From positions 1,408,001 through 1,472,000 of the forward strand of contig OZ245040.1 of assembly GCA_965224195.1 (NCBI GenBank): DNA of 64,000 nt. Reading direction: 5' to 3'. The DNA comes from Nitrosopumilus sp. Lineage in GTDB: Archaea; Thermoproteota; Nitrososphaeria; Nitrososphaerales; Nitrosopumilaceae. The notes below the pieces were generated by a model that saw only the letters and a list, made by a program, of their open reading frames with translations, did no database searches and was not told the DNA's origin. The translations under genes and the position numbers were made by a program. Shown piece by piece: positions 61,528 to 64,000 of the stretch. Position 1 is the first letter of the stretch; each line of letters begins with the position of its first letter.

Positions 61528-61937
61528 TTATTTTGTAGACGTTTGAAACTCTATTTTATCCCAAGGGAATACAACATAGCCATCATTATCAGTTTCTTCA
61601 CCGTAAATTAATTGTGAAGGGAATTTTTTCCACGCCTTGCAAATAAAGTAGCATAAAGTAATTTTGAAGAGTCCTCAGATTTTGAAATAATTTTCTCAAA
61701 AGTCTTACCAGAATCAAAAATGTCATCAACAACTAGAGAGTTAGAAGAAATAACTTTTTCATCAACACGTATTTTTTCAATTCCCAAATGATCTGCTAAT
61801 AATCTAGAAGGCACCAACCTACCTCTACTCAGAGTGGCAATACTAGAAAAATTCTTCTTTGATTTTAAAATAAGACTAGAAAGTCGTTCAATCAGTGAAT
61901 CGATTTCAGACCAGCTAACATGTTGTTCTTTATCCAT
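61528..61937 (-). pseudogene. Phosphoribosyltransferase, frameshifted
   Basis: VVDDIFDSGKT. The conserved tail (KFPSQLIYG...YVVFPWDK) continues in another frame after the A6 run at 61624-61629. Confidence 0.75.
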
Positions 61938-61975
61938 GATTAGAATATAAAAAAAGGTGAATTAAGTTGTTATGA

Positions 61976-62368
61976 TTAGAAAGTTTTCATCGGGGATTTT
62001 TTCAAAGGTTCTATGATTTTAAGAACATTAAAAGGCAATTTTCCAAAATCAATTTTTTTTTCACAAGACAATAGCAGTACATCATCATTACTGAGAGGGA
62101 AACTCATTACAATGACTTTATCTCGATAGGACATTGAAAAATATACTTCGCCGAATTCGCCATCAAATTCATGTCTCATTCTAACACGTAATGCAAGTTC
62201 CAGGAACATCATTTCGTCTTGCTTTTGAGCCTCAAGTGAAAGTAAACCATCCTTCATCCCACCAGCTGTAAGGTGTCCTCTACTATTGATGAACCTGGCT
62301 GAACGCATTTTTGGGTCTAAAGCAATAATGTTTTGACACATTTTTTCAAGCTCTTCAACATTATCCAT
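61976..62368 (-). CDS. Thaumarchaeal roadblock-like hypothetical protein
   Basis: RSARFINSRG..GG, LRVRMRHEFD..FG, RDKV..SFP pattern. Confidence 0.75.
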   Translation of the reverse strand: MDNVEELEKMCQNIIALDPKMRSARFINSRGHLTAGGMKDGLLSLEAQKQDEMMFLELALRVRMRHEFDGEFGEVYFSMSYRDKVIVMSFPLSNDDVLLLSCEKKIDFGKLPFNVLKIIEPLKKSPMKTF

Positions 62369-62421
62369 TAGTCTAATTTAGTAATCGAACTATTTATTGC
62401 GATCTGCAATAATAGATATCT

Positions 62422-62994
62422 GTGCAAGAAGATCCCTCAAAAAGCATCACAGATTACTACAAGCATTTGTCGTTATTTTGGACTGACATTATACATTTGA
62501 TGTCAAGCAAGCCGCAGGCATTAACATCCACAGGGCCTATGAGAGCATTTGCAGCTAATTCAAAGAAAGTAACTACAGAATTAATTGAAATTAATGAAGA
62601 TTTGATGGGATTTAATCAATACCTTACAGAATATTACAAACAATTGTCAGGAGCTTGGGAAGTTGCTCAAAAGAAAGTTAATCTCAAAGCACCTGAAGTA
62701 CCTCAAGATGTAGAACAAATTGAAGCTTTCAAACGAATTTGGATAGATATTTTTGATAATGACTTCACAGAATTATTTGATTCTAAAAAATTTGGAGAGA
62801 ATTATGGAAAACTCGTTTCAAAAGAACTTGAATTAACTAAACATTGGAACAACATTACAAATGTAATATTACAATCTGTCAATCTTCCAAGTAAAGAAGA
62901 GATTGATGAAGTATACAAGGAACTTCACTCGCTCAAAAAAAGAGTGGGGAAACTAGAATTAGAATTAAAGAAAAAAGAGATGGCAAAAAAATGA
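62422..62994 (+). CDS. phaE: PHA synthase subunit PhaE
   Basis: NLPSKEEIDEVYKELHSLKK motif; directly upstream of phaC. Confidence 0.85.
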   Translation: MQEDPSKSITDYYKHLSLFWTDIIHLMSSKPQALTSTGPMRAFAANSKKVTTELIEINEDLMGFNQYLTEYYKQLSGAWEVAQKKVNLKAPEVPQDVEQIEAFKRIWIDIFDNDFTELFDSKKFGENYGKLVSKELELTKHWNNITNVILQSVNLPSKEEIDEVYKELHSLKKRVGKLELELKKKEMAKK

Positions 62995-64000
62995 ATAGTG
63001 AATCAGGAATAGATCCAAAAATAATTGAAGAGATTTTAAAATTTAGCAAAAATGTTATTGATGCTCCAAAATTAGTATCAGCCCCGGATGAAATTAGTTT
63101 AGAAGTAACACCGCACGATACAGTTCACGAATTAGATAAAACAAGGCTATTGCGTTATAGACCACTTACTGAGAAACAACATAAAACACCATTGATAATT
63201 TCATATGCATTAATCAACAGATATCACATATTAGATATTCAGCCAGAAAAAAGTTGGGTAAAGAATCTACTTGAACAAGGTTTTGATGTATACATGTTGG
63301 ATTGGGGAACACCAACCAGCATGGACAAATATTTAGATTTTGATGATTATGTAAATGGATATTTAGATTCTGCAGTAGAGCATATCAAAAATGAGTCATC
63401 CACAGAAAAAATTTCACTTCAAGGATATTGTACCGGAGGCACTATTGCTACAGCATATGCGGCATTACATCCAGAAAGTGTAAAGAACTATGTTGCAACA
63501 GCGCCAGTCATTGATGGGTGGCGAGATACTACAGTGATCAGCAATCTTGCCAAACATATGGATGTGGACAAAATGGTTGACACAATTGGCAACATGCCTC
63601 CAGAATTCATGTATTACTGCTTTTCAGTTTTAAAGCCATTTGAGCAGGGGATTGAAAAATATGTGAAATTTTTCAAAAATATAGATAATAAGAAATTTGT
63701 AGATAATTTCCTCAGAGTAGAAAAATGGCTGGGAGACACCCCACCAATTCCAGGGGAGTTATTCAAACAATGGATAAAAGACATCTACCAAGACAATTTA
63801 CTTATTCAAAATAAGATGTACGTGGGAGGAGAGCACATAGATTTGAAGAAAATAGATATGCCTACATTTACTCAGATTGCCGTAGGAGACCATTTAGTAT
63901 CTCCAGAGTGTAGTATGCCATTACATTATGCCATAGGAAGTGAAGATAAAACTTTGCGAATGTACCCCACAGGTCATGTCGGTATGATAGCTAGTTCATT
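62991..64000 (+). CDS. phaC: Class III PHA synthase PhaC (runs off window)
   Basis: ATG 62991; YALINRYHILD, LDWG, lipase box GYCTGG, TGHVG near the window end. Confidence 0.93.
   Translation, partial: MNSESGIDPKIIEEILKFSKNVIDAPKLVSAPDEISLEVTPHDTVHELDKTRLLRYRPLTEKQHKTPLIISYALINRYHILDIQPEKSWVKNLLEQGFDVYMLDWGTPTSMDKYLDFDDYVNGYLDSAVEHIKNESSTEKISLQGYCTGGTIATAYAALHPESVKNYVATAPVIDGWRDTTVISNLAKHMDVDKMVDTIGNMPPEFMYYCFSVLKPFEQGIEKYVKFFKNIDNKKFVDNFLRVEKWLGDTPPIPGELFKQWIKDIYQDNLLIQNKMYVGGEHIDLKKIDMPTFTQIAVGDHLVSPECSMPLHYAIGSEDKTLRMYPTGHVGMIASS

Noticed and set aside
62422-64000. phaEC as a novelty
   Set aside because: Class III PHA synthase genes are already known in several thaumarchaea.

Overview
AT-rich archaeal chromosome segment of a Nitrosopumilus-like thaumarchaeote (metG, ahcY, nadE, cysS, nreA, ychF, birA, tfb, phaE/phaC), with three accessory blocks. 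(1) 1-15558: the 5' part of a giant minus-strand surface-protein gene (>5,186 codons, missed by the ORF track because it has no stop in the window). It has 12 FG-GAP repeats, six 5-repeat beta-propeller modules with hypervariable loop codons, and 12 FN3-like domains. (2) 15758-21906: nested IS6/IS5-family elements carrying a DUF3800 gene with a downstream structured RNA candidate, a peptide + RelE-like pair and an RHH operon. (3) 36703-58811: a ~22.1-kb island holding a complete type I-B CRISPR-Cas system and a 132-repeat array (manual count). It is inserted into a small conserved gene with a 9-bp duplication (TTTCAGGAA), has repeated end motifs, and has no recognisable integrase. Within it, cas8b and cas11 are separate genes, each preceded by the same palindrome (TTATCA-N4-TGATAA). 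An IS6 element with a duplicated right end and a TA-like cassette has inserted into the second palindrome. The array contains pairs of spacers taken from the same site in diverged variants of one target. All counts and alignments were done by eye.
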